Origin: Clostridia bacterium
Lineage (GTDB): Bacteria; Bacillota; Clostridia; UBA1212; DUPL01
Direction of reading: 5' to 3'
Assembly (NCBI GenBank): GCA_050951325.1
Contig: JBMNIW010000012.1
Span: 640,001-704,000 of the forward strand
Length of the DNA stretch: 64,000 nucleotides
Shown here piece by piece: positions 16,267 to 26,186 of the stretch (position 1 is its first letter; every line of letters begins with the position of its first letter). Below the pieces are notes generated by a model. It saw only the letters and a program-made list of their open reading frames with translations, ran no database searches and was not told the DNA's origin. Made by a program: the position numbers and the translations under genes.

Positions 16267-17025
16267 CTAGTTGTAATACAAACATATTGGTTTTCCATTC
16301 ACACTCTGCACATCTATATCCATGCCGTAGATTTCTTTCAGTACCTCTTTCGTGATAATTTCATCAGTATATCCTTGACTCACCACCTTGCCGTCCTTCA
16401 TGGCTATTATGTAGTCTGAGTAATATGCGATGAAGTTTATGTCATGGATTACAACCATGATGGTCTTGTTCATCTCATCAACAAGTTTGCGGAGCCCTTT
16501 CATTATTTGTACTGAGTGCCTCATATCCAGGTTGTTAAGTGGCTCATCAAGAAAAACATACTCCGTATCCTGGGCTATTATCATAGCTATGTATGCCATT
16601 TGCCTTTGACCTCCGCTCAGCTCGTCGATATTGCGGTGCTGGATATTATCCAAACTTAAGAAAGAAAGTGCTTTGTCGATAATCTCGTTGTCTTTCTTTG
16701 TCAAACGACCTTTTGAATATGGGAACCTTCCAAAACTTATAAGTTCTCTCACTGTTAGCCTGATATTTAGGTGGTTTGACTGCTTTAATATGGAAATACG
16801 TTTAGACAGCTCGTTATTATTCCATTGCTGGAGTTCCTTGTTGTCTACATAAACACATCCTTCAGTTTTGGGAACAATCCTGCTCATAAGTGAAATCAGA
16901 GTGCTTTTGCCAGCACCATTTGCACCTATAAATGCAATCATCTTTCCTTTTGGAAGGTTTAGACTTACATTGTTCAAAACAACCTTTTCGCCGTAAGATT
17001 TAACTAAATTCTCAGATCTAATCAT
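16267..17025 (-). CDS. Ferric-siderophore ABC transporter ATPase (YclP-like)
   Basis: GANGAGKST, FGRFPYS, LSGGQRQ, LDEPLNNLD. Confidence 0.9.
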   Translation of the reverse strand: MIRSENLVKSYGEKVVLNNVSLNLPKGKMIAFIGANGAGKSTLISLMSRIVPKTEGCVYVDNKELQQWNNNELSKRISILKQSNHLNIRLTVRELISFGRFPYSKGRLTKKDNEIIDKALSFLSLDNIQHRNIDELSGGQRQMAYIAMIIAQDTEYVFLDEPLNNLDMRHSVQIMKGLRKLVDEMNKTIMVVIHDINFIAYYSDYIIAMKDGKVVSQGYTDEIITKEVLKEIYGMDIDVQSVNGKPICLYYN

Positions 17026-18008
17026 GCTTTTCTCTCCTTTAGTATTAAGTAAATAAAGTAAATTCCTCCTGCAAAATTAATAAGGACACTAATCGGTGCG
17101 CTGAACTTGAAAACTCTTTCGGTAAGATACATGGCTGATACCAAAAGAGTTGAACTTGTTAGAAACGCCATTGCAATCCTTGCTGTGTGCTTGTATGTAG
17201 TGGTCACCTTTCTGGTGATGCTGACAACAAGTATGCCTAAAAAGGTAATTGGTCCTACAAGAGCTGTTGATATAGAAACCAGCACCGCTGTGACCATCAA
17301 ATTTTTAAGTACCACCCTGCGATAGTTAACTCCCAAGTTGACCGCATGCTCTTGACCTAGTGATACCACATCAAGGTAAGGGTTATCCCTGACTGTCAGA
17401 AGCATTGTTACAGTAACTAGAATAGCACTTACTTGGAGCAAATTTTGGTTTACGTTATTAAAGCTTGCAAACATCTTGTTTTGCAGTATAGAGAATTCAT
17501 GAGGATCCAATAGAACCTGCATAAAAGATGACAAGCCGCCAAACAAGGAGCCAATAACTGTACCGGTAAGAAGAAGGAAGTAAATGTTTTTCTCCCTTCC
17601 TCGGAACAATATTAGAAACAAGCCAAACGAGCAAATAATCATAACAAAAACGGAGACAAAGAAATTTGTGTATCCGCTCATCATGGCAATCTTCTTCTGA
17701 CCTGAAAACATGACAATAACTGTTTGGATAAACAGGTACAAAGCATCAAAACCCATGATGGATGGCGTCAGCAGTCTGTTATTGGTTATTGTTTGGAAGG
17801 TTACCGATGAATAACTAACACAGTATCCCACCAACAAGACCGCTGCAATCTTGCTAAGACGCCTGGGAAAGAAGAAATATGCATTCTTTGTTGTCAGGCC
17901 TTGGAACAAAAACAAGCTGCCTGTCAAGAGAAGCACGAATGTAAAAAACGCTGCTATTGCAATTGTTTTCTTGTGTTTTTTTATTACTTCCATGGCATAC
18001 CTAGGCAT
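17022..18008 (-). CDS. FecCD-family siderophore permease (YclO/FatC-like)
   Basis: FQTITNNRLLTPSIMGFD, LVGPITFLG; multi-TM. Start uncertain. Confidence 0.88.
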   Translation of the reverse strand: MPRYAMEVIKKHKKTIAIAAFFTFVLLLTGSLFLFQGLTTKNAYFFFPRRLSKIAAVLLVGYCVSYSSVTFQTITNNRLLTPSIMGFDALYLFIQTVIVMFSGQKKIAMMSGYTNFFVSVFVMIICSFGLFLILFRGREKNIYFLLLTGTVIGSLFGGLSSFMQVLLDPHEFSILQNKMFASFNNVNQNLLQVSAILVTVTMLLTVRDNPYLDVVSLGQEHAVNLGVNYRRVVLKNLMVTAVLVSISTALVGPITFLGILVVSITRKVTTTYKHTARIAMAFLTSSTLLVSAMYLTERVFKFSAPISVLINFAGGIYFIYLILKERKA

Positions 18009-18984
18009 TTTTGAACGCCTTTCCTTTCCTTGCAAATATCAATAATAAGAAAATGATGCTACCCAAAACACTGACTACCACGCTTATAGACACCTCATAG
18101 GGATATATGACAAGTCGCCCAACAATGTCGCATACAAGTAAGAACAATGCTCCCAAGGCTGCGGTGTCAAAAAGACAGTTTCTCAAGTTGTCACCTTTAT
18201 ATAGCGAAACTATGTTGGGGATTATCAGGCCGACGAAAGCAATGCTTCCGATGGTTATCACAATGGTTGTAGTGAGGAATGAGACTATTAAAAGACCCAA
18301 CAGTACGGTTTTTTTGTAATCCAGTCCAAGGTTTGTTGCAATACTTTCACCCATGCCAGCTATGGTAAATCTACCTGCGAACAGATATGCTATTACCACC
18401 ATTGGCATTCCTATATAAAGAAGTTCATACCGACCTTTAATAACCAGTGAGAAATTTCCCTGAAGCCACGAGGAAACATTCTGGATTATGTTGTACCTGT
18501 AGGAAATGAAAGTGGTAAGAGAACTTACGACACTTCCAAGCATTAGGCCTATCAGAGGCACCATAACTGCACTTTTATACTGCACTCTCTGAGTTATACT
18601 TATAAAAATTAGATTGCCCAAAAAAGCTATAATAAAAGCTACCAGAATTCTTAGCAATTTTGACTGCTCACCTGCAAGAAGGATTGCTATCAGGACTCCA
18701 AGCCTGGACCAGTCCATGGTTCCGGCTGTTGTTGGTGATACAAACTTGTTGCCGGTTATGGTCTGCATGAGCAGGCCTGAAATGCTGAGTCCTGCGCCTG
18801 TTATCAATATGCTCAATAGTCGAGGCAATCTGCTAATAAACAAGGTTTGCAGGTGATTGGCTTCTCCTTTGAGAACACCAATCCACGTAAAGCTTTTTGC
18901 ACCGATGCTTAGAGATATGAGGGATAAAACTATAATTAAAACTATTGTTATTGCTTTGGTTTTGGTTTTTGCAAAGTCTGTCAC
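18001..18984 (-). CDS. FecCD-family siderophore permease (YclN/FatD-like)
   Basis: SRLPRL, NKFVSPTTAGT, WLQGNFS, FVGLIIPN, YPYE. Confidence 0.88.
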   Translation of the reverse strand: MTDFAKTKTKAITIVLIIVLSLISLSIGAKSFTWIGVLKGEANHLQTLFISRLPRLLSILITGAGLSISGLLMQTITGNKFVSPTTAGTMDWSRLGVLIAILLAGEQSKLLRILVAFIIAFLGNLIFISITQRVQYKSAVMVPLIGLMLGSVVSSLTTFISYRYNIIQNVSSWLQGNFSLVIKGRYELLYIGMPMVVIAYLFAGRFTIAGMGESIATNLGLDYKKTVLLGLLIVSFLTTTIVITIGSIAFVGLIIPNIVSLYKGDNLRNCLFDTAALGALFLLVCDIVGRLVIYPYEVSISVVVSVLGSIIFLLLIFARKGKAFKNA

Positions 18985-19003
18985 GCTATCATCTCCATAT
19001 TCT

Positions 19004-19021
19004 AGTTAGCATATGCTAACT
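19004..19021. promoter_or_regulatory. DtxR/IdeR-like operator 1
   Basis: Perfect 18-bp palindrome AGTTAGCATATGCTAACT with a TTAG-N6-CTAA core, just downstream of the operon -10. Confidence 0.7.
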
Positions 19022-19029
19022 GATTTGGA

Positions 19030-19058
19030 ATATTACCATGTGCTTTATATGCTGTCAA
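19030..19058 (-). promoter_or_regulatory. SigmaA promoter of the siderophore operon
   Basis: TTGACA-17-TAATAT on the minus strand. Confidence 0.75.
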
Positions 19059-19088
19059 TGCAATTCCGGAAATTTAATAATTGTAAAG

Positions 19089-19106
19089 AGTTAGACACAT
19101 CTAACT
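19089..19106. promoter_or_regulatory. DtxR/IdeR-like operator 2
   Basis: AGTTAGA-CACA-TCTAACT; same AGTTAG-N6-CTAACT arms as operator 1. Confidence 0.65.
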
Positions 19107-19197
19107 TTTAGTCTTCATTTTGCTCAGACCAAATTGATTATTCACGGCAACAATAGTATAATCTTATCGCTTATCATGTTGGCAGGCAGGTGAGACC

Positions 19198-19878
19198 ATG
19201 GACAAACAGAAGTTGTTGCTAGTTGAAGATGATGAAACCATTGCACTGGGTCTTTCATACGCTCTTGAAAAACAGTTTGATGTAAAAGTATGCAGAAATG
19301 TAATGACGGCACTGGAGGAAATAAAGGGCATTGAATATGACATTGCACTAATTGACATTACTTTACCTGATGGTGCAGGTTATGAGGTCTGCAAGGCTAT
19401 AAAGGAAAAGTGGAATACCGGAATTATTTTTCTTACTGCAAGAGACGATGAAGCCAGTGTGGTGATGGGGCTTGACATTGGTGCGGATGATTATGTAACC
19501 AAGCCCTTTCGTCTAAGGGAGCTCATGTCCCGCATCAACAGTGTGCTGAGGAGACGCGGAGTAAAGGATACTGTTGACAATATTAAAAAGTATGGCAATG
19601 TTGTTGTGGACCTGAATCGCGGTGCAGTTTACAAAAATGGAAAAGAGGTTTTTCTCACTGCACAGGAGTACAAGCTTCTTTTGAAACTCATAACCAATGA
19701 AGGCATGGTAATGACCAGAAATAATCTGCTTGAGAGCATATGGGATATCTCGGGAGACTTTGTCAATGATAATACATTGACAGTGTATATAAAAAGGCTG
19801 AGAGAAAAAATAGAGGACGATCCTCAGAATCCTCAAATAATCAAAACGGTCCGAGGAAGAGGGTATATTATAGAATGA
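19198..19878 (+). CDS. OmpR-family response regulator
   Basis: LLVEDD, IDITLPD, FLTARD, GADDYVTKPF, VYIKRLREK, TVRGRGY. Confidence 0.93.
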   Translation: MDKQKLLLVEDDETIALGLSYALEKQFDVKVCRNVMTALEEIKGIEYDIALIDITLPDGAGYEVCKAIKEKWNTGIIFLTARDDEASVVMGLDIGADDYVTKPFRLRELMSRINSVLRRRGVKDTVDNIKKYGNVVVDLNRGAVYKNGKEVFLTAQEYKLLLKLITNEGMVMTRNNLLESIWDISGDFVNDNTLTVYIKRLREKIEDDPQNPQIIKTVRGRGYIIE

Positions 19879-20879
19879 TGCTGAGAAATCCCGAGATTAA
19901 GAAGTTTATGATCATCCAATTACTTGTCTGCCTGGTTTTTGTATTAATCTCTTCACTCATGAATGCTGTAGCTGGATGGATGGTTCTTATAGTTACAATT
20001 ATCCTTAATGCCCTGTTTTTTGGATTTACATTTCTCAGATACCGCAAAATAAAAGAGCTGGTAATGTATATTAACCGAATTAGCAATGGTGAGTTTAGAT
20101 TGGATGTAAGGGACAATAAGGAAGGCGAGCTGAGCATCCTGAAAAACGAGATTTACAAGGTTACCGAAAAACTTACTGAGTACAACCAAAGATTGCAACA
20201 AGAAAAATTGTATTTGTCCCAGTCGCTGGCAGATATATCTCATCAATTGAAAACACCTCTTACATCGATGATTATTATGTGTGAGATACTAAATGACCCG
20301 GACCTGCCTCAAGATAAAAGAAAAGAGTTTGTTTCACAGATAATTGTTCAGTTGGAAAGAATCGACTGGCTTGTATCAACCATGCTGAAAATGTCCCGAT
20401 TGGATGCAGGGGTTGTTACAATGAAGAAAATGGACATTTATGTGTCTGATTTAGTTGAGAAAGCAAAATCTGCACTTATTGCACCCATGGAGTCGAAAGA
20501 GATTGAATTGGTCACGCAGTTTGCTTCCGAGGATAAATTAAAATGTGATTTTAACTGGACTTGTGAAGCGGTAATAAACATATTAAAGAACTGTATTGAG
20601 CACACTCCGCAAAAGGGAAGGATTGAAATAGATTACTCGGATAATCCTTTGTACCATGAGCTGACAATCAAGGATAACGGAGCGGGAATATCCAAAAAGG
20701 ATTTGCCGCATATCTTTACCAGGTTTTACCGTGGAGAAAATGCTTCTGCTGAAAGCACAGGCATCGGTCTTGCAATGGCAAAAAGCATAATAAACGCGCA
20801 GCACGGAAACATAATAGTAGAAAGCCAAAAGAACAAGGGGTGCAAATTCATGATACGTCTGTATAAAACCGTTGTGTGA
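19875..20879 (+). CDS. Intramembrane-sensing histidine kinase
   Basis: Two closely spaced N-terminal TMs; ADISHQLKTPLT H-box; NILKNCIEH, DNGAGI, GIGL. Confidence 0.92.
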   Translation: MMLRNPEIKKFMIIQLLVCLVFVLISSLMNAVAGWMVLIVTIILNALFFGFTFLRYRKIKELVMYINRISNGEFRLDVRDNKEGELSILKNEIYKVTEKLTEYNQRLQQEKLYLSQSLADISHQLKTPLTSMIIMCEILNDPDLPQDKRKEFVSQIIVQLERIDWLVSTMLKMSRLDAGVVTMKKMDIYVSDLVEKAKSALIAPMESKEIELVTQFASEDKLKCDFNWTCEAVINILKNCIEHTPQKGRIEIDYSDNPLYHELTIKDNGAGISKKDLPHIFTRFYRGENASAESTGIGLAMAKSIINAQHGNIIVESQKNKGCKFMIRLYKTVV

Positions 20880-20930
20880 CAAAATTGTAATAATTGCTGT
20901 CATTCAACTGTCACTTAAGTGCAATAAAAT
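20877..20930 (+). promoter_or_regulatory. Response-regulator binding repeats and -10 upstream of the ABC exporter
   Basis: TGACA-N4-TGTAA (20877-20890), then TGTCA direct repeats 11 bp apart (20898, 20909), then TAAAAT. Confidence 0.55.
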
Positions 20931-20963
20931 GTACCCAGCAAATAAATCAAAAAGAGGTGCATT

Positions 20964-21659
20964 ATGGAGATTTTAAAAGTTGAAAATGTTACAAAGATAT
21001 ATGGTAAAGGGAACACAGCGGTAAAGGCTCTTGACAAAGTCTCCTTGTCAGTTGAAAAGGGAGAGTTTATTGCTGTGGTTGGCCCTTCAGGATCAGGAAA
21101 ATCCACGCTTCTTCATATAATTGGAGGTGTGGATAATCCCACATCAGGCAAAGTGTACATCAACAACACAGATGTATTTAGCCTAAATGAAAACAATCTG
21201 GCGATATTTAGAAGAAGAAACATAGGACTTGTATATCAGTTCTACAACCTGATACCAGTTCTAAATGTAGAAGAGAACATACTACTGCCCCTTCTGCTTG
21301 ACGGAAGGAAGGAAGACAGAAACCATTTGAACAATTTGCTCAGTACACTTAACTTATCCGACCGTACCAGACACCTGCCAAACCAGTTGTCCGGTGGCCA
21401 ACAGCAAAGGGTGTCCATAGGTCGGGCGCTGATAAACAACCCGGCACTTGTCCTGGCCGACGAACCAACAGGAAACCTTGACAGCAAAAATTCAGCGGAA
21501 ATAATTGAACTTTTGCAATACTACAATAAAACATATAATCAAACCCTGATTATAATTACTCACGATGAGCGTGTTGCGCTGCAGGCAGACAGAATAATCA
21601 GCATTGAAGACGGCCGCATCGTAAGCGATGAGAGGATTGTGCGGGGTGTTGAAAAATGA
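20964..21659 (+). CDS. ABC transporter ATPase (LolD/MacB-like)
   Basis: GPSGSGKST, LSGGQQQR, ADEPTGNLD. Confidence 0.92.
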   Translation: MEILKVENVTKIYGKGNTAVKALDKVSLSVEKGEFIAVVGPSGSGKSTLLHIIGGVDNPTSGKVYINNTDVFSLNENNLAIFRRRNIGLVYQFYNLIPVLNVEENILLPLLLDGRKEDRNHLNNLLSTLNLSDRTRHLPNQLSGGQQQRVSIGRALINNPALVLADEPTGNLDSKNSAEIIELLQYYNKTYNQTLIIITHDERVALQADRIISIEDGRIVSDERIVRGVEK

Positions 21660-24253
21660 ATGTTGTAAAACGCATTACTCTTCAAGGTTTAAAAAAGAAC
21701 AGGACCAGGACGCTTGTTACGATAATAGGTGTCATACTGTCCCTTTCAATGATAACTGCGGTTACCACATTTATATCCAGCTTGCAGTCATATATGATTA
21801 ATCTGATAATTGAACAGGATGGCGACTGGCATGTTGGAATATATAGTGCACCACAAAGCGATCTGAGCAAAGTTAAAGAAAGCAGCGATGTGGACAGCTA
21901 CTCTGTGATGTGCAATATTGGATATGCATATCTGGACGGTGGGCTGAATGAATACAAGCCCTATCTGTTTCTTGTATCCTTCACCGAGGACACCTTTAAA
22001 TCGTTTCCGTTAAAAGTTATTGAAGGTCGTCTTCCCGAAAACGAAAGTGAAATTGTAATTCCCAGTCATATATACACCAATGGGGGTGTCAAGTTTGCTG
22101 TAGGGGACAGGATTACCCTGGACATAGGTCACAGAATGACACATGACGGATACAGACTTACTCAGTCCAATCCGTATATAAAACTGGAGGATTTGGAGGA
22201 AGAAGAATACCTGGATGTCTTTACTGCAAAGACTTATACTGTTGTCGGTATCTGTGAACGTCCTGGCTTTGAGAGGTATGTTTCTCCGGGATACACCGTC
22301 ATAACGTACAATGACAACCCGAGTCTGACAGACAATGAATTTGATTTGTTTTTCAAGGTCAAAAAACCATCAAAAGTATATGAAGTGGTTGGAGATTTAA
22401 AGCTTGAAGGAGATTTTGGCTATCATGGCGAGCTGCTCCGGTTCATGGGAGTGAGCTCCATAGGCAACCTGAATGCAGTTCTTTACAGTATTGGCTCAAT
22501 CTTGCTTGTGCTTATCATGACATGCTCCATCTCTCTCATATACAACTCTTTCTCAATATCAGTTAGTGAAAGAACGAGACAGTATGGACTTCTGTCCGGT
22601 GCTGGTGCTACTAAAAAACAGCTCAAGGCATCTGTATTTTATGAAGCTTTATACATAAGCGTTATCGGCATACCCCTAGGCATTCTGGCAGGTATTCTTG
22701 GAATTGGAGTTACTCTAAATCTTCTGGAAGATACCTTCAAGTCCATTGCCAGTGCAAACAGCACTGTACGTTTTACTCTGAGCGTTTCAGTGGCATCGAT
22801 TGCTGTAGCAGCCGTTGCAGGTATTATCACCATTCTTTTATCCGCCTACATTCCTGCAAGACGCTGTGCAAGGTTATCTGCAATGGACGCTATTCGTCAG
22901 GTGGCGGATATAAAGATGAAGCCGAGGAATGTAAAGACCTGGAGAATAACAAGGAAAGTTTTCGGTATTGAAGGGGATCTTGCCCTAAAGAACATCAAGA
23001 GAAACAAAAAAAGATACCGTTCCACTGTCATATCGCTCTTTGTCAGCATAGTTCTTTTCATATCAGCCTCGTCTTTGTCAAGCTACATGATTGACAGCGT
23101 GACAACAGTATACCAGAATCTGAATTACGACTTGTCCTACAGAACAGGGTTAAATGACAAGTTTGATGAGAAAACACAAGCCGTGTATGAAAGAATAACA
23201 AGACTTGGCAGCATCAAAAAGTCCAGTGTGATTAACAACATGTATGCTAGATTAACCCTGCCAAAGAGCAAGGTTGATGACGATTACTATAATCTCATAA
23301 AAAGTCATGGATTTCTGTCTGATGGGGACAATCTGGACATATTTATAAGCCTGTATTATTTGGATGATGTTACCTTCAAGGAATTCCTGAAGGAAATTGG
23401 TGAAAACCAGGCCCTGTATTTCGATGAAGAAAACCCTCGCTGTCTTGTCGTGGATCGTCAGCAATATTTTGACTATACCCAGGAGAGGATGATAGACCAA
23501 AACATCCTAAAGCAAGAGGTTGTGAAAGAAATTGATGTGACAATAGACAATGAGCAAGGGTATGAGCCTGTCAAACTGGCTATAGGAAAATATGTTTCTG
23601 ATACCCCTATAGGTATAAGACATTACAGCGACTACAACTCCATAACGGTAATGATTCCTCAATCCATAAAAGACAGCGTGTTTGCTGAATATAAGGATAT
23701 GTGGGATACTAACCTGACCATGTATTTTACGTCAGACAATCCTTTCAAGGCGGCCGAGGAGATTGCGGAAATACTGCTGGAAGAAGGGCTAAGCACATCC
23801 AAATTGTCCAACCATGCTGAAATACTGGCTAATACGAGAAACATAGTGACGATAATAAATGTGTTTGCCTATGGATTTATAATCCTCATATCCCTAATTA
23901 CCGTTGCCAATGTATTCAACACCATATCAACCAATATGGAGCTGCGTACGAGAGAGTTTGCCATGCTCCGTTCGGTAGGCATGACATCCAAAGGTTTTAG
24001 AAAAATGGTCAGCTTTGAGAGTGTCTTTTATGGACTCAAGGCCCTCATATACGGCTTGCCTGTAGCTGTTGGAATAACATACCTGATATATAAAAGCATG
24101 CTTCAGGGAGTGGATGTAAGGTTCTACATTCCTGCAACCAGCATGTGCATAACGGTGATAATGGTGTTTGTGGTTGTGTTTGCCACAATGACATACTCCA
24201 TGAACAAGTTGAAGAAAAAGAACATACTTGAGGGATTGAGAATAGAAAAATAA
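21656..24253 (+). CDS. FtsX-like ABC permease with a duplicated FtsX domain (peptide/antimicrobial exporter-like)
   Basis: IYNSFSISVSERTRQYGLL..GAT and FNTISTNMELRTREFAMLRSVGM; two large extracellular loops. Confidence 0.88.
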   Translation: MNVVKRITLQGLKKNRTRTLVTIIGVILSLSMITAVTTFISSLQSYMINLIIEQDGDWHVGIYSAPQSDLSKVKESSDVDSYSVMCNIGYAYLDGGLNEYKPYLFLVSFTEDTFKSFPLKVIEGRLPENESEIVIPSHIYTNGGVKFAVGDRITLDIGHRMTHDGYRLTQSNPYIKLEDLEEEEYLDVFTAKTYTVVGICERPGFERYVSPGYTVITYNDNPSLTDNEFDLFFKVKKPSKVYEVVGDLKLEGDFGYHGELLRFMGVSSIGNLNAVLYSIGSILLVLIMTCSISLIYNSFSISVSERTRQYGLLSGAGATKKQLKASVFYEALYISVIGIPLGILAGILGIGVTLNLLEDTFKSIASANSTVRFTLSVSVASIAVAAVAGIITILLSAYIPARRCARLSAMDAIRQVADIKMKPRNVKTWRITRKVFGIEGDLALKNIKRNKKRYRSTVISLFVSIVLFISASSLSSYMIDSVTTVYQNLNYDLSYRTGLNDKFDEKTQAVYERITRLGSIKKSSVINNMYARLTLPKSKVDDDYYNLIKSHGFLSDGDNLDIFISLYYLDDVTFKEFLKEIGENQALYFDEENPRCLVVDRQQYFDYTQERMIDQNILKQEVVKEIDVTIDNEQGYEPVKLAIGKYVSDTPIGIRHYSDYNSITVMIPQSIKDSVFAEYKDMWDTNLTMYFTSDNPFKAAEEIAEILLEEGLSTSKLSNHAEILANTRNIVTIINVFAYGFIILISLITVANVFNTISTNMELRTREFAMLRSVGMTSKGFRKMVSFESVFYGLKALIYGLPVAVGITYLIYKSMLQGVDVRFYIPATSMCITVIMVFVVVFATMTYSMNKLKKKNILEGLRIEK

Positions 24254-24281
24254 GGAATACCACCAAGTTTTTGTAAAAGAA

Positions 24282-24321
24282 AAAGCTTCGGGAAATATTG
24301 GCGGATATTTCCCGAAGCTTT
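24282..24321 (+). terminator. Long hairpin/terminator after the ABC permease
   Basis: Perfect 17-bp stem AAAGCTTCGGGAAATAT / ATATTTCCCGAAGCTTT. Confidence 0.75.
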
Positions 24322-24330
24322 AATCCTATA

Positions 24331-24377
24331 TTGACACCTCCCTTTAATAAGTATAATATATAGAGGAACCTATGTTC
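24331..24377 (+). promoter_or_regulatory. recA sigmaA promoter with LexA (SOS/Cheo) box
   Basis: TTGACA-17-TAATAT; GAAC-CTAT-GTTC at 24366-24377 is the Firmicute GAAC-N4-GTTC consensus. Confidence 0.85.
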
Positions 24378-24406
24378 GAATAAAAGACTATGAGGGGATA
24401 AATGAC

Positions 24407-25486
24407 ATGGATGACAAAAAGGTAGATGAGAAGAAGGTAGCCGAAAGAAGAAAAGCATTGGAAAATGCTATTGCGCAAATAGACAGACAATACGGCAAAG
24501 GCGCTGTTATGAGACTAGGCGAGAATGTTCACATGAATATTGAGGTAATCCCCACTGGTGCATTAAGTCTGGACCTGGCGCTGGGTGTTGGCGGATTGCC
24601 AAGAGGCAGGATAGTCGAAATATATGGCCCTGAAGCGTCCGGCAAGACAACTGTAGCACTACATGTTATTGCTGAAGCTCAGAGGCTGGGTGGAGATGCC
24701 GCATTTATTGATGCTGAGCATGCATTGGACCCCGTGTATGCAAAAGCGTTGGGTGTGGACATAGACAACCTTATCGTATCCCAGCCGGATACAGGAGAAC
24801 AAGCTCTTGAGATTACTGAAGCTCTTGTTAGAAGTGGCGCTATTGACGTAATTGTCATCGACTCGGTGGCTGCTCTTGTTCCAAAAGCGGAAATTGACGG
24901 CGAGATGGGTGATGCCCATGTCGGACTTCAGGCAAGACTCATGTCCCAGGCTCTCAGAAAGCTTTCCGGCGTTATAAACAAATCAAAATGTATTGCAATA
25001 TTCATTAACCAGCTTCGTGAAAAGGTAGGAGTTATGTTTGGCAACCCTGAAACAACATCAGGAGGACGAGCTTTGAAGTTCTACTCATCCATAAGGCTTG
25101 ATGTAAGACGCGTGGAGGCACTCAAGAGTGGTACTGAAATAATTGGAAACAGGACCAAGGTGAAGGTGGTAAAGAACAAGGTTGCGCCACCTTTCAAGGA
25201 GACGGAATTTGACATAATTTATGGAGAAGGCATATCAAAAGAAGGCTGCATACTGGACGTGGCTGTTGAAAAAGACATTATCAAGAAGAGCGGCTCGTGG
25301 TTCTCATACGGAGATCAGCGCATCGGTCAGGGTAGAGAGAATGCAAAGGTTTTCTTGAGAGAGAATCCGGAAGTAACTTTGGAAATTGAAACAGCCATAC
25401 GCAAACTGGTTGAAGAGGAAAAGGAAAAGAAGCGCGCTCTGATGGAACCTGACAATCCGTTTGATCCGAAATCTACCAAAGGGTGA
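24407..25486 (+). CDS. recA: Recombinase A
   Basis: [48 protein letters not shown]; no intein. Confidence 0.98.
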   Translation: MDDKKVDEKKVAERRKALENAIAQIDRQYGKGAVMRLGENVHMNIEVIPTGALSLDLALGVGGLPRGRIVEIYGPEASGKTTVALHVIAEAQRLGGDAAFIDAEHALDPVYAKALGVDIDNLIVSQPDTGEQALEITEALVRSGAIDVIVIDSVAALVPKAEIDGEMGDAHVGLQARLMSQALRKLSGVINKSKCIAIFINQLREKVGVMFGNPETTSGGRALKFYSSIRLDVRRVEALKSGTEIIGNRTKVKVVKNKVAPPFKETEFDIIYGEGISKEGCILDVAVEKDIIKKSGSWFSYGDQRIGQGRENAKVFLRENPEVTLEIETAIRKLVEEEKEKKRALMEPDNPFDPKSTKG

Positions 25487-26100
25487 GACAAGCCGTGGAA
25501 AATGAAAACGGACTTTATGTCATCGAATGCAATAAAAATGACGATGGAAAATATTTTGTAACTTTCAGCAACGGAGAAACCGAAACTTTTAGCGAGGATG
25601 AGGTAATGGAACACTGTCTATATGATATCAGTGTTCCATTAAACTGTTCTTTTGAGGATCTTGTGATAAAAATAAAGAAAAGAAGAGCGTTAAAGTCAAT
25701 TGTTGGCTATGTTGCACGCACCCTGAGAACAGAAAGGGAAGTAAGGGAGAGGCTTTTGTTTTTAGGATATAACGACGCTGTTATTGAGGAAACCGTGGCC
25801 TATCTGAAAACCCAAGGGTATATTGACGATAGGGAATATGCCAGAAAGTATGTTAACACTTCACTAAAGACAAAAATTGAATCAAGAAAAATGTGCATGT
25901 ACAAACTTGTCCAGAAAGGCATATCGGATGATATTGCTGAAGAAGCAGTCAGGGTGATAGACGATAACGAGCAGATACAAAAACTTATGCAGAAGAAATC
26001 GGTAAGGCAAAAGGAAAAGTCAAAACTTAGAGGATATCTCTATTCAAAAGGGTTTAGTGTTGAAAGCATAAACCGTGTGCTGGGTGATGACACATATTAA
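25483..26100 (+). CDS. recX: Regulatory protein RecX
   Basis: Directly follows recA; [33 protein letters not shown]. Confidence 0.85.
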   Translation: MRQAVENENGLYVIECNKNDDGKYFVTFSNGETETFSEDEVMEHCLYDISVPLNCSFEDLVIKIKKRRALKSIVGYVARTLRTEREVRERLLFLGYNDAVIEETVAYLKTQGYIDDREYARKYVNTSLKTKIESRKMCMYKLVQKGISDDIAEEAVRVIDDNEQIQKLMQKKSVRQKEKSKLRGYLYSKGFSVESINRVLGDDTY

Positions 26101-26186
26101 ATATGGACAATTTGCTCAGAATGGTATAAAATAATTGGGTTAAAGACGCTGTTTAGTTTGCAGATTAGTTAGGAGTTTGTATATAG

